Under the pieces are notes generated by a model. The model searched no databases. It was not told where the DNA came from and saw only the letters and a list, made by a program, of their open reading frames with translations. Below are positions 27,512 to 40,465 of a stretch of DNA of 64,000 nt, in pieces (within the stretch, counting starts at the first letter, position 1; every line of letters starts with the position of its first letter). This DNA comes from Camelus dromedarius (taxonomy: Eukaryota): positions 77,872,001-77,936,000 of the forward strand of contig NC_087444.1 of NCBI RefSeq assembly GCF_036321535.1, given 5' to 3'. A program made the position numbers and the translations under genes.

Positions 27512-27655
27512 CTGCAAGCGGGAGGGAGAGTGCCAGCAGTTTGATCTAGACACTCAGACACCTGGCAAACTCAGCAGGGATCCTGCCCACTGGTTCTTCC
27601 TGGGTGCCCCAAACCCACCCCACATGCACCCCACCCTTCTGGGGGACCCTCTCAC

Positions 27656-27726
27656 CTGCGGGAGGTGCAGGCATCCACCACCACATGGACCTGCAGACCC
27701 CGGTCCAGGAGGTCCAGGGCCGTGTG
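27656..27726 (-). CDS. ISOC2: ISOC2 coding exon 3 (HTALDLLDRGLQVHVVVDACTSRS)
   Basis: Acceptor CCTTAG|CAC, donor CAG|GTGAGA. 71 nt, phase 0 to 2. Confidence 0.94.
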
Positions 27727-28041
27727 CTAAGGACAGAAAGAGGTCAGGGCCGACCCCAAACAAGAACAGGGGTCCTGAGTGAGTGAGTGGGGAACCAGGA
27801 TGGGGATGAGGGAGGCTTGGATCACAGCAGGAGGTCCCTAGATTACAACATGATCCTAGGAAGGATGGGAGCCACTGGTAAAGAGAGGGGTCCTGAAGGA
27901 AGGTGAAAGTCCCAGGTCCAGAGGGGAGTCATAGGTCAGGAAGGGGAGGACAGAGGGTTCTGGGTCAGGAAGGACATCCTTTTTAGGTTGGGGAGGTCCC
28001 AGGTGTGAATGGAGATCCCAGCGGTTCAGTTGGTGTCTCAC

Positions 28042-28251
28042 CAAAATGCAGGCCTGTGTTTCCAGGCCACAGAGGAGCACAGAACACAGCTGGGGCCGCA
28101 TGTCCAGCTCCTGCTGCACCACTGGCACCATGCTGAAGCAGGTCTTGGGCCATGGCTGTAGACCCTCAGCCCCCAGCTCGGGCACCGTGGGGCCCAGGCC
28201 TTGTGGGTACTGTTCAGTCAGCACGGCTGGCACACCTAGCAGCCGGGCCAC
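28042..28251 (-). CDS. ISOC2: ISOC2 coding exon 2 (VARLLGVPAVLTEQYPQGLGPTVPEL...CGLETQACIL)
   Basis: Acceptor CCAACAG|GTG, donor TTG|GTGAGA. 210 nt. Isochorismatase-family motifs TEQYPQGLG and KTCFSM. Confidence 0.96.
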
Positions 28252-28308
28252 CTGTTGGGGGGCGGGGAGGAGCAAAGGTCTGAGCCCAAGGTTGGAGCCT
28301 AGGGGTCT

Positions 28309-28560
28309 GGACTCCTAGATCTGAGGGAGGAGGGGCTGTGGGATGGACTCCCAGGTCTGAGGGAAGAGGGGTTGAGGGTCTGAATCCCTGGGTGTGAAGG
28401 AGGAGGGGCTGGGGGTTGGATCCCTGGGTCTGAGGGAGGAGGGAATGGGGAACTGGACCCCTGGGTCTGAGGGAGGATGGTCTGGGGTCAGGACCCCTGG
28501 GTCTGCGGAAGGAGGGTCTGGGGTCTGGATCTCTGGGTCTGAGGGAGGAGGGGGCTGTAC
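28309..28560. repeat. 36-37 bp minisatellite, 7 units, in an ISOC2 intron
   Basis: Units start at 28309, 28345, 28382, 28418, 28455, 28491, 28527. Consensus GGACTCCTGGGTCTGAGGGAGGAGGGGCTGGGGGTCT. Confidence 0.92.
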
Positions 28561-28695
28561 CTTGAGCATGCGGGCAGCCACAGAGACGATCTGGGGGAAG
28601 TACACGGTGTGGCGGAACTTCTCCTGCATGTCACACAGGAACAGGATGGATGATCCAGGGACAACTCGCCCCAGGCCGGGCCGCACAGCTGCCAT
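28561..28695 (-). CDS. ISOC2: ISOC2 first coding exon ([27 protein letters not shown]...RMLK), isochorismatase domain-containing 2
   Basis: ATG at 28695, 3 nt after acceptor CCCCAG|GAC. Donor AAG|GTACAG. 135 nt. Total CDS 615 nt = 204 aa. Confidence 0.96.
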
Positions 28696-29052
28696 GTCCT
28701 GGGGTGGGCAGAGGGGCTGAAGGAGTGGGATCAGGCAGGGAGGGCGATTCTCTGCATGTCCAGGGTCCACACATTTAGACCCTAGGCTTCAACTGTGATC
28801 TTTCCCCAGGGGGAATCCAAGGTCTTAGTGGTGAAGTGTCCCGCCCAGGGGCCCACTGCCTGTGAAAGGGAGCAGGATGTGAGCCCTGAGGCAACAGGAG
28901 CTGCATTCCCCCAGCTGCACCACCTCCCTCTTTCCTGTCCTAGCGGCAGTGGCAGTGACCTGGGATCCATCAGTCTGACTGCCTTCTCTGCGACCAGTTT
29001 ACCCCTGTGTAAAACACACCAGCAGAACTCCCCTCCAGGTCTTAGAAAGGCT

Positions 29053-29470
29053 GGTGTACCCATACAATGGAATATTATTCAGCCATGAAAAGGAGCGAAG
29101 TGCTAACACATGCCATAGCATGGGTGACCTCACCATGATGCTTGGTGAGACAGCCCAGTCACAAATGACCCCACCCAGGAGTCCATTACATGAACTGTCC
29201 ATAATGGTTGAGTCCATGAGGACAGGAAGCAGGCTGGTGGTGCTTCCACCTCGGGGTGAGGGGTGGCAGAGATAATGAAGGGTAACTGAAAGGGAGTATA
29301 GAGTTTCCATTTGGGGAGATGAAAACATTCTGTAACTAGATAGTAGTGATGGTTACACAATATCATGGATATACTAAATGCCTCTAAATTTTACACTTTA
29401 AAATGGTCAAGATGGTAAATTTTAGGTTATGTGTCTTTTACTGCAATTTTTTTAAAAAGAAAGAAAAAAA
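29053..29470 (+). mobile_element. L1M 3' fragment with A-tail
   Basis: CATACAATGGAATATTATTCAGCCATGAAAAGG..GATGGTAAATTTTAGGTTATGTG..A-rich end. Confidence 0.8.
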
Positions 29471-31599
29471 ATTAAGGGGGGCTGGTAGAGCCACCTGACC
29501 AGTAACCCTTTTAAAGGGAGGGACACTGACTCCCAGGGGTCCTGCATCCTGCAGGGATTAGAGGCATGCCTGCCTCCCTGTCAGAGCATCTGAGCATCTG
29601 GACCCTGGACTCGAGTCTCGCATGTCCCAGCTCATGTACCCAGGAGTCTTGTGTCCTTGGGTCCCCAAGTTGCTGCACAGATGGAAGTTCCAGCTCCCTC
29701 TCTGCATACTTACTCATTTATTTATTAATTTATTTAGGAAACAGAGACTCTGCAGACCCAGTAGAGAGCAAACTAGATGACACTCCTTCCTGGCAAGCTT
29801 TAAAGCTGAGTGATGAGTCCCTAAGATGTTTGTGATTGTTCTTTAAACTGAACACATCTACCACTGATAATGTTTTCTGTGTGTGACATAGCTAAAATTT
29901 AAATAAAATCTTTGAAAATCCAAAGCTGACCCTATTAACCCCACCACCACCACCTCAGCTCTCCTTAACACCCCCTTGGCTTCCTCAGGACTAAGGTGTA
30001 AGCTCCTCCCACAAGACTCTGGGGACCATTCCAGCCTTGATGGCCCAGTCCCACCTCAGGGCCTTTGCCCATGCACTTCCCTTCACCTGGAGTGCTCTTC
30101 TCACTCCCTTCAAGGTGTTAACTCTTCAGGAGACAGGAGGGACAGGGTCAGGTTGGGGAAGGGGAGGGATGGAATGTTGGAGAGCCTGTGACAAGTGTCT
30201 GTAGTAATGAAGAGCTCCCCGTTGGGCTGGTAGGAGTGTGGACTACAACAACCCCTAGGGATAACCACATGGCCGCATATCTCAAAATTACAGAATCACA
30301 AACCCTGTGACCCAGGGAACTCACTCCTAAGTATTTATCCTGCAGACATGTGACACAAAGTTATTCATTATGGGACAAAGTCATTCATTACAGAACAAGG
30401 TTATTCATTATGGAACTCTTCCCAGGGCAGAGGACTAGAAATAAATCTAAACATCCACATTTCAGGTATTGGTTATATAAGTTATGGTATATCCACACTA
30501 TGGAATTCTTTGCAGCCAGGAAAAATCACAAGGAAGATCTTTAAGTACCAGTGTGGAAAAGTGTCCAAGAGATGTTAACAGTGAGGGGAGAAAAAGCACA
30601 TAGTGTGTATAGCACTGCTCCCATCTGTGCCAAAAAACAAAAGTTTCTTAGAAGTTCCAGTCTATGTCTGCTCTCTCTGGAAGCCATTTAAGGAGCAGGC
30701 TCTTCCTGCAAGGACAGGCCTCTGAGGGGCAGAGTGTAAAGGACATTTGATTTTCACTGTGTGCAACTCACAATTTTGGACAATGTGTAACAAGTTGTCT
30801 AGTCAGGAATAAATACAAGAAAAAAAGATTTACATAAGGTGAGAACCTATCAAAACCAATCTGTGGAGTTAAAGTTATGATAATGGTTACCCATGGGGGG
30901 CAGTGAGGAAGGAGATACAAGGCAGGCATCTGGGGTGTGGGGGATGTTCAACCTCTGGATGGACGCTGCTCACACCAGAGCGTTCTCTTTGTGAAGTTAC
31001 TTGAGCTCTGTACCCGTGGTTTGTATGTTTTCCTATGTCTGTGATATATATATACCTCCATAAAAAGTTTTCAAGGTATAAAATGGGGAAGACTCACTGG
31101 CCGCCATGGGGCTGGACTGGAGGTGGAGGCCAGGGAGAAAGTGGGGGCTGGGATCCAGGTGGTCAAGGGTGAGGCCTGGGCTCCAGTTTAGGCAGAGAGG
31201 ACAGAGAAGGGCAGGAAAGGGAGCTTCAGGGGGCAGATGGGCCTGGCTATGGGGGAAGGAGGAAGAAGGAAGATCCTTAGGTTTTCGTTTGGTCCGAGGG
31301 TGGAAATTCCCAGGGACTATTTGGGGACCTGGAGAGGGGAATTGACTTTAGGGATAGATTGAAAAATTTGGGGGGGGGTGAATGTGAGCAGGGGGTCTGG
31401 GCTGGAGACAGAACTAGGGGTTCTCTCGGGGAGTGATGAGAAACCAGAACGCACCTCTGAGTGGAGGGAGCCCAAGGCCGGAGGGGGAGGGGCGGCCCGA
31501 GGTGGGCGGCAACCTGAGGAGCGAATGGGGCTGTTTAGATCCCCACGTGGCCTGAGGAATCCGGTTCTGCAGCCAAGACTAGCTGTGTGACCTTGGGCA

Positions 31600-32260
31600 A
31601 GTTTCAGGCTCTGTTTGAGCCTCAGTTCCCTCCTTGGGGTCAAACCGACCCACCACGCAGGGATGATGCGGAAACTTAGCAGAGCGGGCGGAAGTGACCC
31701 GGGGGTTGGCCGCGGCCGGGGAAGTCCTGGCAGTTTCCCCACCAGCCTGGGGGGAGGTCGGTCCCAGGCAGCGCGGGAGGGGCCTCACACCGAAGGCGCC
31801 GGGATCGAGCCGGGCCCGCCCTCCGTAGGTGAGGCCTGGAGTCACTCACCTCTCGCAGCCGGGACTTCAGCGGCTCCGGTCCTCCCTCGGGGTTCCCAGG
31901 CCGGGTTACCGCTTCGCACCGAATCGAAACTTGCCCCGCCTCCGCCCAGCTCCGTCTGCGTCCCGCCTACCCAGGCCGAGCCGCCCAATAGGCACTCGCC
32001 TCGCTCTGTTCAGCCCCCTCTCCCAGCCAATCCTCAAGCGTCGCTACTTCAGCCTTGTTGGAGGGGATGTGTGGGCCCCACTGAATGTCCTGAGAGCATT
32101 ATTGATCCGCCGGTGGCGCGGCGGGGAAAGAGCGTGTCCGGCCAATGGAAAGTCGTGAGAGGCGTGAGAGGCGGGCCTAGGGAGGAGTGGCACTGTGTGT
32201 ACGGAGAATGCGGACTCGAGCTGGGTGAGTGCGTTGCCATCTGACCCGCTGTAAAGTTGG
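31600..32260 (-). promoter_or_regulatory. ISOC2: ISOC2 CpG-island promoter
   Basis: CCAAT at 31985, 32027, 32142, GC boxes (CCGCCC), and ETS-like CGGAAGTG near 31689. Confidence 0.8.
31850..31930 (-). other. ISOC2: ISOC2 non-coding exon 1 (5' end approximate)
   Basis: Donor GAG|GTGAGT at 31849 inside a CpG island. The coding exon starts with an acceptor 3 nt before the ATG, which implies an upstream exon. Confidence 0.65.
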
Positions 32261-33202
32261 ACTGTTGGGGCCGGGAGAGAGGGAGGAAGGAAGGGACCGT
32301 GCCCAGGGCAGGGGCAGGTCTAGGATTCGAACCCTGGCCCTTCAGTCTTTAGACAGAAACTTACAAAGAGACCCAAGCATTTTCCGGGAAAGTGTTAAAA
32401 GTGCGAAGAAGCTACGAGCTTAAGTCCCTCCCTGTCTGCGCCCGTTAGTTCTCTGTGCAGCCTCAGTTTCCCCATCTTACAGCACCTGCCCCCCCAGTGT
32501 GATGTTTGCAGTATTTAGACTGTGCTTGGAAATGGGGTTGAGAGAGAGATGGAGAGAGAATTTCCCATCAGTCTTGGAATAAAATCCACACTACTCCCAA
32601 TTCATGTTCTGCCTTGTCAACCTTGCGTCCTCACCTCTTACCACTCTTTCCCGGCTCACTCCACTCCAGCCACACTGGCCTTCTTTGCTGTTCCCCCAAC
32701 AGCCCACCTCAGGGCCTTTGCACATGATGGTCCCGCCGTCTAGAACCCCAGACCTTCCCAGGGCCAGCTCCTTATCATTCAAGGCCTTCCCAGACCACCC
32801 TTCATCAAATAGTCACTCGATCAGTTCGCTATTTTATTTTCTTCACAACACTAATTACAATCTGAAATTAGAAATTTATCTTGTGTTTAAAAAACGTATG
32901 GATGTAGTCATTTATTTTCTATTGCCCCCCCCCGCCAATTTTCCCTCCCCCATTCCAAATGTGAACTCCGAGAGGGCAGAGATCTTGTCTGTTTTTATTC
33001 ACTGCTGAATCCTCAGCACCTAGACCCAGGCCTGGCACGTAACAGGTGCTCAGCAAATTTTGGGGAATAAGAAGAGACCAGCACTAGGCAGAGATGAACC
33101 AGGGTAAGACGGAACTGGAGGGATAGTCACCGAAGAGGTGGGGCTGGGAAGAAAGAGTGAGAAGCAGAGTAGGGAGAGAGCAAGGCCTTCCTTGATTGAA
33201 TG

Positions 33203-33817
<615 letters not shown>

Positions 33818-34177
33818 TCATCAGGAAGCTCTGAACAGCATGGAGTTTGTGCACTGGACTAGTCCAGCACTGTGCACATTTTTGAGATTTAGATTTATTA
33901 CTGACCATATTCCAACATATAAAAGTATAAAATGTCTTAAGGAAGGGGTGCCTTTAAAAGAATTCTCACACAAAGGCATGAACTATGGAATAGCAGTGCA
34001 TCAGCAACGTGGATTCTGCTTCCTGTTTTAAACAGCTGTAAATCTGCATCTCCACCAACCACTGGTTGAAGTCTCCAGCCTCTCCCACCTGGATGACTAC
34101 ATCAGCCACTGCACGGCTCCCCCCTCCCCAGCATTCCTGCCCCCTCAATTAACATGACAGATGGATCTCGCAAACTC

Positions 34178-34498
34178 CTATGGGATGAATTGTGCCCTCC
34201 TAAAATTCCTATGTTGAAGTTTTAACCCCTAGTACTTCAGAATGTGACTGTATTTGGAGATAGGGTCCTTAGAGAGGTGATCAACTTAAAGTGACATCAT
34301 CAGGGTGGTCCCTAATCCAGTAAGAGGAGATTGGCACACAGAGGGATGACCCTGTGAGAAGTCTAGGAGAGAGGCCTCTTGCTGCCTGACACCTTGATCT
34401 CAGACTTCAGCCTCCAGAATTGTAAGAATGCACATTTCTGTTGTTTAAGCCACCCAATCTGTGGTGTCTGATTATGGAAGTTCTAGCAGATTAATACA
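34178..34498 (+). mobile_element. MLT1-type solo LTR in the C19orf85 intron
   Basis: TATGGGATGAATTGTGCCC..GAATGTGACTGTATTTGGAGATAGGGTC..TTTCTGTTGTTTAAGCCACCC..TAATACA. Confidence 0.85.
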
Positions 34499-34545
34499 GA
34501 AAACATAATGTTGAGCAAAAGCAGTGAGACTTAGAATTAGTGGCT

Positions 34546-34691
34546 CAGTAGTAGAGCGCATGTTTAGCATGTACAGGGTCCTGGGTTCAACCCCCAGTAC
34601 CTCCATTAAAATAAATAATAATTTTAAAAAAGTAAATAAATAGATAAAACTGATTACCTCCCCCCCAACACAAAATAAAACAAAACAAAAA
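34546..34691 (+). mobile_element. Young tRNA-derived SINE, 5'-truncated, camelid vic-1-like, with 14-bp TSD
   Basis: B-box GGGTTCAACCCC, then CAGTACCTCCATTAAAATAAAT, GATTACCTCCCCCC and an A-rich tail. TAGAATTAGTGGCT is duplicated at 34532-34545 and 34692-34705. Confidence 0.85.
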
Positions 34692-34934
34692 TAGAATTAG
34701 TGGCTGTGTGACTCCATTTAAATAAAGTTCCAAAACAGCCTAACTCGGTTGACAAGGAAGTCAGGATGGTGGCTTATGGGAAAGAGACACCGTGAGGGCC
34801 TTCTGGGCAAGGAACACCCTGTTCCTGGATCTGAGTGTTGGTTACTTTAGAGGGCTCCCTTTGGGAAAATTCATTAAGCTCCACACGGAGGATATGTGCC
34901 TTTTTTGGTACTATGTTGCACTTCCAGGGGAAAG

Positions 34935-35260
34935 TTTATTTTAAAATGTAACTGATATTGCATGATTCCGTTTATATGAAACGTCCAGAATAGGCAAATC
35001 CCTGGAGAAACATAGAGCAGCTTGATGGTTGCCAGGTGCTGGGGGGAGGGGAGCATGGGGAGGGCCTACTGATGGGTACAGGNNNNNNNNNNNNNNNNNN
35101 NNNNNNNNNNNNNNNNNNNNNNNNNNNNNNNNNNNNNNNNNNNNNNNNNNNNNNNNNNNNNNNNNNNNNNNNNNNNNNNNNNNNNNNNNNNNNNNNNNNN
35201 NNNNNNNNNNNNNNNNNNNNNNNNNNNNNNNNNNNNNNNNATATCTGGCTCTTAAATAAA
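34935..35260 (+). mobile_element. L1M 3' fragment containing N-run 35083-35240
   Basis: ATGATTCCGTTTATATGAAACGTCCAGAATAGGCAAATCC. Confidence 0.75.
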
Positions 35261-35586
35261 TTAGCGAGAGCTGCCACTCTGAAGCTATCTTCTATGCCAA
35301 GGAGGATAGTTATGCTCTGAGTGCCCCAGGGAAAGTTTTCAGTAGTGGGAGGTCAGGTTAAATGATGGAGAGAGAGAGACTGACAAGATCCACAACGATT
35401 TCATGCCATGTATGGTCCTTGACTTGAACAAACTAAGTATAAATAGCATTTAGGGCTGAAGAGTTGTGACATTTGTGATTTATTTTAAACTATTTAAAAA
35501 ATATAGATGAAGGAAATATGCTAAGATGTTCTGGACAATCAAATCTAAGAGATGGATTAGATTAGGTGATTCGTGATCCTCAAGCC

Positions 35587-35776
35587 TGCGGTTCTCAAAC
35601 TTGAGTGCACAACAGGACACCCAGGGGGCTTGTGGAAACACAGGTTCCTGGGCCTGTGAGCTTCTGCTCCTGCAGGTCTGGGTGGGGTCTGATAATCTGC
35701 ATTTCTGACATGTTCCCAGGGGAGGCTGAGGTGCTAATACTGCTGGTCTGGGGACCATCTACCTTTTGAGAACTGC
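35587..35776. mobile_element. MER5A-like DNA transposon
   Basis: GCGGTTCTCAAACTT ... TCTGCATTTCTGAC..CCCAGG ... TTTGAGAACTG termini. Confidence 0.7.
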
Positions 35777-36696
35777 CGCATCAGACAGCTGTCTTGACTT
35801 TTCTGGAGGTTTGGAAGTTTTCACAAAAAGTTAGAAATCCATAGCATGGGTGGGAGGGGGTTCTTGAGGGAACAGGGCCTGAGGGGACCTGGAGGGAGAA
35901 GGAGGGCGTGGGTGGGAAGATGCTGAGGAGAACTTGTCTCTGACCTGGATCTTCTCAGGCCAAGCCTAAGTGCCCAGGGGAATGTGCTTCAGAGCTGCTG
36001 GGCTGCCCTCAGGGCCACTGGTGGGTGGCCGGGGTCTCTGGGGAGCATGTGGCAGAGCCAGGCATAGGGGTGATGTCTAGGATGCTACGACAGAGAAGCT
36101 GGCCCTGGGGAGCAGGGAGGAGAGACAAGAAGCCTGGGAGATGAGAAGCTGACATTAGCAGAGGGTCCAGATCAGGGAAGGAGGGCTGAAGAGGGGGAGA
36201 GGTCCTTGAGCAGTCGATGGCGAGGCTGAAGGGAGTTAGGAGGCTAGCTCTGGAACATGGGGCTGGACCCTTTTTGGGGGGAGGTGCCTGTTTTCCTCTG
36301 CAGTGGTGGGTGGGTGTGGAGGGTGGTGGTGAGCATTCTGGGCGTGGCCAGGGCCAGGCATCCTGTTGGAAGGTGGCTTGCGACGTATGGGGGCAGTGGT
36401 TAGGCTGGACCAGACTCCCATTTACTCAAATCTGGTTCCAAGACCTCCAGGAGCAAGGACCTGGGCTGGCTGGGAGGAGCAACCTACTTAAGAAAAGCAG
36501 GTCCTTGGGCAAGTCACTCTATCTCTATGTGCCTCAGATTTCTCGTCCGAAAAATAAGGATTATAATAGTGCCTATCTTTCCTAGGGTTCCTGTCAGGCA
36601 TTAATGAGTTCATACTCATTGTGAGTATTGTGAGTTAAAATGAAAGTACTTAGAATAGTGCCCAGTACATAGTAAGTATCAGATGCATTTCAGCTA

Positions 36697-37082
36697 CTAT
36701 CATCACCATCACCATTGTCACCTCCATCACTGTCACCATCACCATCACCATCATTATCATCATCACCACTATTGTCAGCATNNNNNNNNNNNNNNNNNNN
36801 NNNNNNNNNNNNNNNNNNNNNNNNNNNNNNNNNNNNNNNNNNNNNNNNNNNNNNNNNNNNNNNNNNNNNNNNNNNNNNNNNNNNNNNNNNNNNNNNNNNN
36901 NNNNNNNNNNNNNNNNNNNNNNNNNNNNNNNNNNNNNNNNNNNNNNNNNNNNNNNNNNNNNNNNNNNNNNNNNNNNNNNNNNNNNNNNNNNNNNNNNNNN
37001 NNNNNNNNNNNNNNNNNNNNNNNNNNNNNNNNNNNNNNNNNNNNNNNNNNNNNNNNNNNNNNNNNNNNNNNNNNNNNNNNNN
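36697..37082. repeat. (CAT/CAC)n simple repeat running into N-run 36782-37082
   Basis: CATCACCATCCACCATTGTCACC... This is the source of the poly-His ORF. Confidence 0.85.
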
Positions 37083-38104
37083 TGTATCCAGTTAGGACTG
37101 CAAAGTGGTCCAGAGCATGGGCTCTGGACTAAGACTGCCTAGGTTTATATCAGCTCTCTAGCTGTGTAGCCTTGGACAAGTTATTGAACTTCTCTAAGTT
37201 TCTGTAACTACAACACAGGGAAAAGACGCAGGTTTGTTGGGAGCATTAAGTAATACAGCCCATGTTAAGGCCTTAGTACAGTGCACCTGGCACACAGTAA
37301 GCTCAAAAAATGGTTCCCATCAGGGGGAAGGAGAGCACAGGGCAAGCAGGGGTGGAGCTGGGTGGGTGTAAGAGGTAGGACAGGCTGAACAGAGACCTGA
37401 AGGAGCAGAGGTCTCCATCCACACTCTCAGAGACATGGAAGGGCATTGCCCTACGAAGGGAAGAGCATGTGCAAATGTTCAGAGGCTGAATGGTGAAGTG
37501 CTGGATGGGGAGCTGAGGCTGGCAAGGGAAACAGGTGCTGATGGGGCAGAGGCTTTGTTCTGAGACCAATGGGGAGCCACAGGAGGTACTTGAACAGAAG
37601 AGGGGCTGAGTGTGGTGTGTGGGTTAGAAAGGGCTGCTTGGAAGCTGCTTTCCAAAGGTCCCAGAGTCAGACCCCATCTCTACACCCCTTACCTGATCCT
37701 GGTCTGAGCCACCACCATCCCTCACCTGGATTACTGCAGTAGCTTCCTCCTGGTCTCTCATGTCTGCCCTCGCCCCTACACAATCTCTTCTCCTTTAAGA
37801 TCCCACCACATCCCAGCTCAGAGCCCAAGTCCCTCTAGAGACCCCCCAGGCCAGGGCCATGTTTCCTTTGAATCTAATTCCCTCCCTCTTTCACTCTGCT
37901 CCAGCCACCCCAGCCATCTTACCTCCTCCAAACACACCAGGGATGTTCCTGCCTCCGGGCCTTTGCACTTGCTGTCCCTTTCCTACAGTGCTCTCCCCTC
38001 AGGTATCCACAGGGCTCCTTCCCTCCCCTTCCTTCCTCACACCTTCCCTAAAATAGCAGCCCTCCCCCAGCGCGCCCTCTGCGGCACTTGCCACCTTCTA
38101 ACCT

Positions 38105-38450
38105 ACCATAATAGTAAAAAATTGGGGTAAAATTCACATCACTTAAAATGAACCATTTTAAAGTGTGCAATTCAGTGTCATTTAGTCCATTCATGATGTT
38201 AGGCCACCACCACCTCTCGTTAGTTCCAGAAATTTTCATCACCCCAGAAGGAAACCCCCTACCTGTTAGCAATCTCTCCCCCACCTCCCCCAGCCCCTGG
38301 CACCCACTAATCTACTTTCTGTCTCTGTGGATTTGCCTGCTCTGGACATTTCACATTAACAGAATCACACGATACATGGCCTTTTGTGTCTGGCTCCTTC
38401 CACTCAGCACATCTTCAAGGTTCATCCACATTGTAGCATCATACTATAAC
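38105..38450 (-). mobile_element. L1M 3' fragment, reverse
   Basis: TTTAAAGTGTGCAATTCAGTG..CTACTTTCTGTCTCTGTGGATTTGCCTGCTCTGGACATTTCAC. Confidence 0.8.
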
Positions 38451-38713
38451 TGTCACTTCTTTATTTTGACTGTCCCTTAGCTGCCTCCCCACTGGAACAC
38501 AAGCTCCACAGAGGCCGAGAATTTTATCTGCTTTGCACTATGGGTCTCTGGAGCTGGCACACAGATGGTGCTCAATAAATGCATGCTGAGTGTTGATTGC
38601 ATCCAGCCCTGGGGTCCACGTCTCCCTGTTCTGTCTGGGCCTGGTCTCCCCCATACTGAAGGCTCAGGCCCGTCTCTGCTTCCCTCCGCCCATCCTCACC
38701 CCACCCCACCTCA

Positions 38714-39103
<390 letters not shown>

Positions 39104-39209
39104 CTAGCCCAGTCCCTGCCTCCAGTGAGCTGGACTCCAAGCTTTGAGGAGCCCGTGGGCGGGGGGGGGGGGGTTTCCTGATATAGGAAGGCAAGGGGGC
39201 AGGGAGGGG

Positions 39210-39385
39210 AGGCGCCCAATTAGCACATAGTTGGACCTGGGATCTGGGGCCTGGCAGCGTATATGGGGGGCCAGAGAAAAGCGCCTGGAGATGGCCAATT
39301 AAGGGGACAAAGCCCTCATTAGGGAGGCGAGGCCAGGAGCCGAGTCAACCGCAGCGATTAGTGTGGAGGACCTTTAATTGCAGTC
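39210..39385 (-). promoter_or_regulatory. Candidate C19orf85 proximal promoter with CArG box and homeodomain cores
   Basis: CCAATTAAGG at 39295-39304. TAAT/ATTA cores at 39217, 39296, 39317, 39356, 39374. Confidence 0.4.
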
Positions 39386-40009
39386 GCGGGAAGAGGGGGT
39401 GGGAGGCTTAGGTGCAGGCTGGGAGAGTGGGGAGGTGGCCCCAGGAGGCACGCTGGGAGCCTCCAGCTGTGGGGCAGGCACCCACATCTGCCCACCCACC
39501 TGCAGACACACCTACCTGTGCCTCCCTGCCTCCCTCTGCCCCAGGCCCAGCACCCTGGGGAAACTGAGGCTCAGAGAGCAGCTTGCTCATGCTCAAGGTC
39601 TCCCGGCCTGCAAAAGGGATTAGCTTCTGGGGGGAGGGTTGACTTCCAAACCCTGCGTCTCACATCCAAGCTTCTGAGTGAGCAAGGGTGAGGGGAGGAG
39701 GAGCACCTAGTTGCTCAGGCGGTTGACACAGGTGACAGCCAGGCTGTGGCAGAAGGGGAGGAGGAAACATGGGCATGGTTTCCCCCAAGGCATTTTACTG
39801 AGGGACTAGGGGACCCCTGGTGTTTGGGGGAGGCAGAGAACAGACTGGGAGGTGGCAGGGGGAGGGGCTGGCTGCCAGGGCTGGGAGTGGGGTCCTTTTG
39901 TCTCCGGCAGAGTGTTGGCCCAAGTGGGGGAACCCGGTCTGGGCTGGTGAGGGAGGCAGGTGTCTCCGTGTCTGCGCTGAGAAGACCGCATTGGAGGTTT
40001 GTGTTGGGA

Positions 40010-40465
40010 GGTGTCTGTGCCCTATGGATGCAGGAACACGTTACCACAAACCTGGCAGCTTAATACCATGTACATCGATTCTCTTGGAGTTCTGGGGCTC
40101 AGAAGTCCAACATGGGTCTTATGGGCTAATGTCAAAGTGTTGCTTCTGGAGCTTCTAGTGAGGAATCTGTTCCCATGCCTTTTCTGGCTTCTAGAGGCCA
40201 CCCACTCGAATTCCTTGCCTTGTGGCCCCTTCTTCTGTCTTCAGAGCACATTACTCTGACCTCTGCTTCTGCTGTCCCATCGGGTCTCTAACTCTGACCC
40301 TCCCTCTTATAAGGACGCACCAGGTAACCCAGGGTAATCTTCCCGTCTCAAGAGCCTTAACTCCATCACACCTGCAAAGTCCCCTTTGCCATGTTAAGGT
40401 CTCAGTCACTGCTTCTGCAGATTAGGACATCAGCCTCTTTGGGGGGCCGTTATTTAGCCGGCCAC
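40010..40465 (-). mobile_element. MLT1-type solo LTR, reverse
   Basis: TTACCACAAACCTGGCAGCTTAA..GAAGTCC..ACATCTGCAAAGTCCC-like..TTTAGCCGGCCACA. Confidence 0.75.

Noticed and set aside
31615-32244. 209-aa ORF across the ISOC2 promoter
   Set aside because: Chance CpG-island ORF with low-complexity P/R/G content.
34540-34600. tRNA-like A/B boxes
   Set aside because: SINE head with A-tail and TSD, no cloverleaf.
36683-37132. Poly-His ORF
   Set aside because: Simple (CAT/CAC)n repeat extended artificially through Ns.
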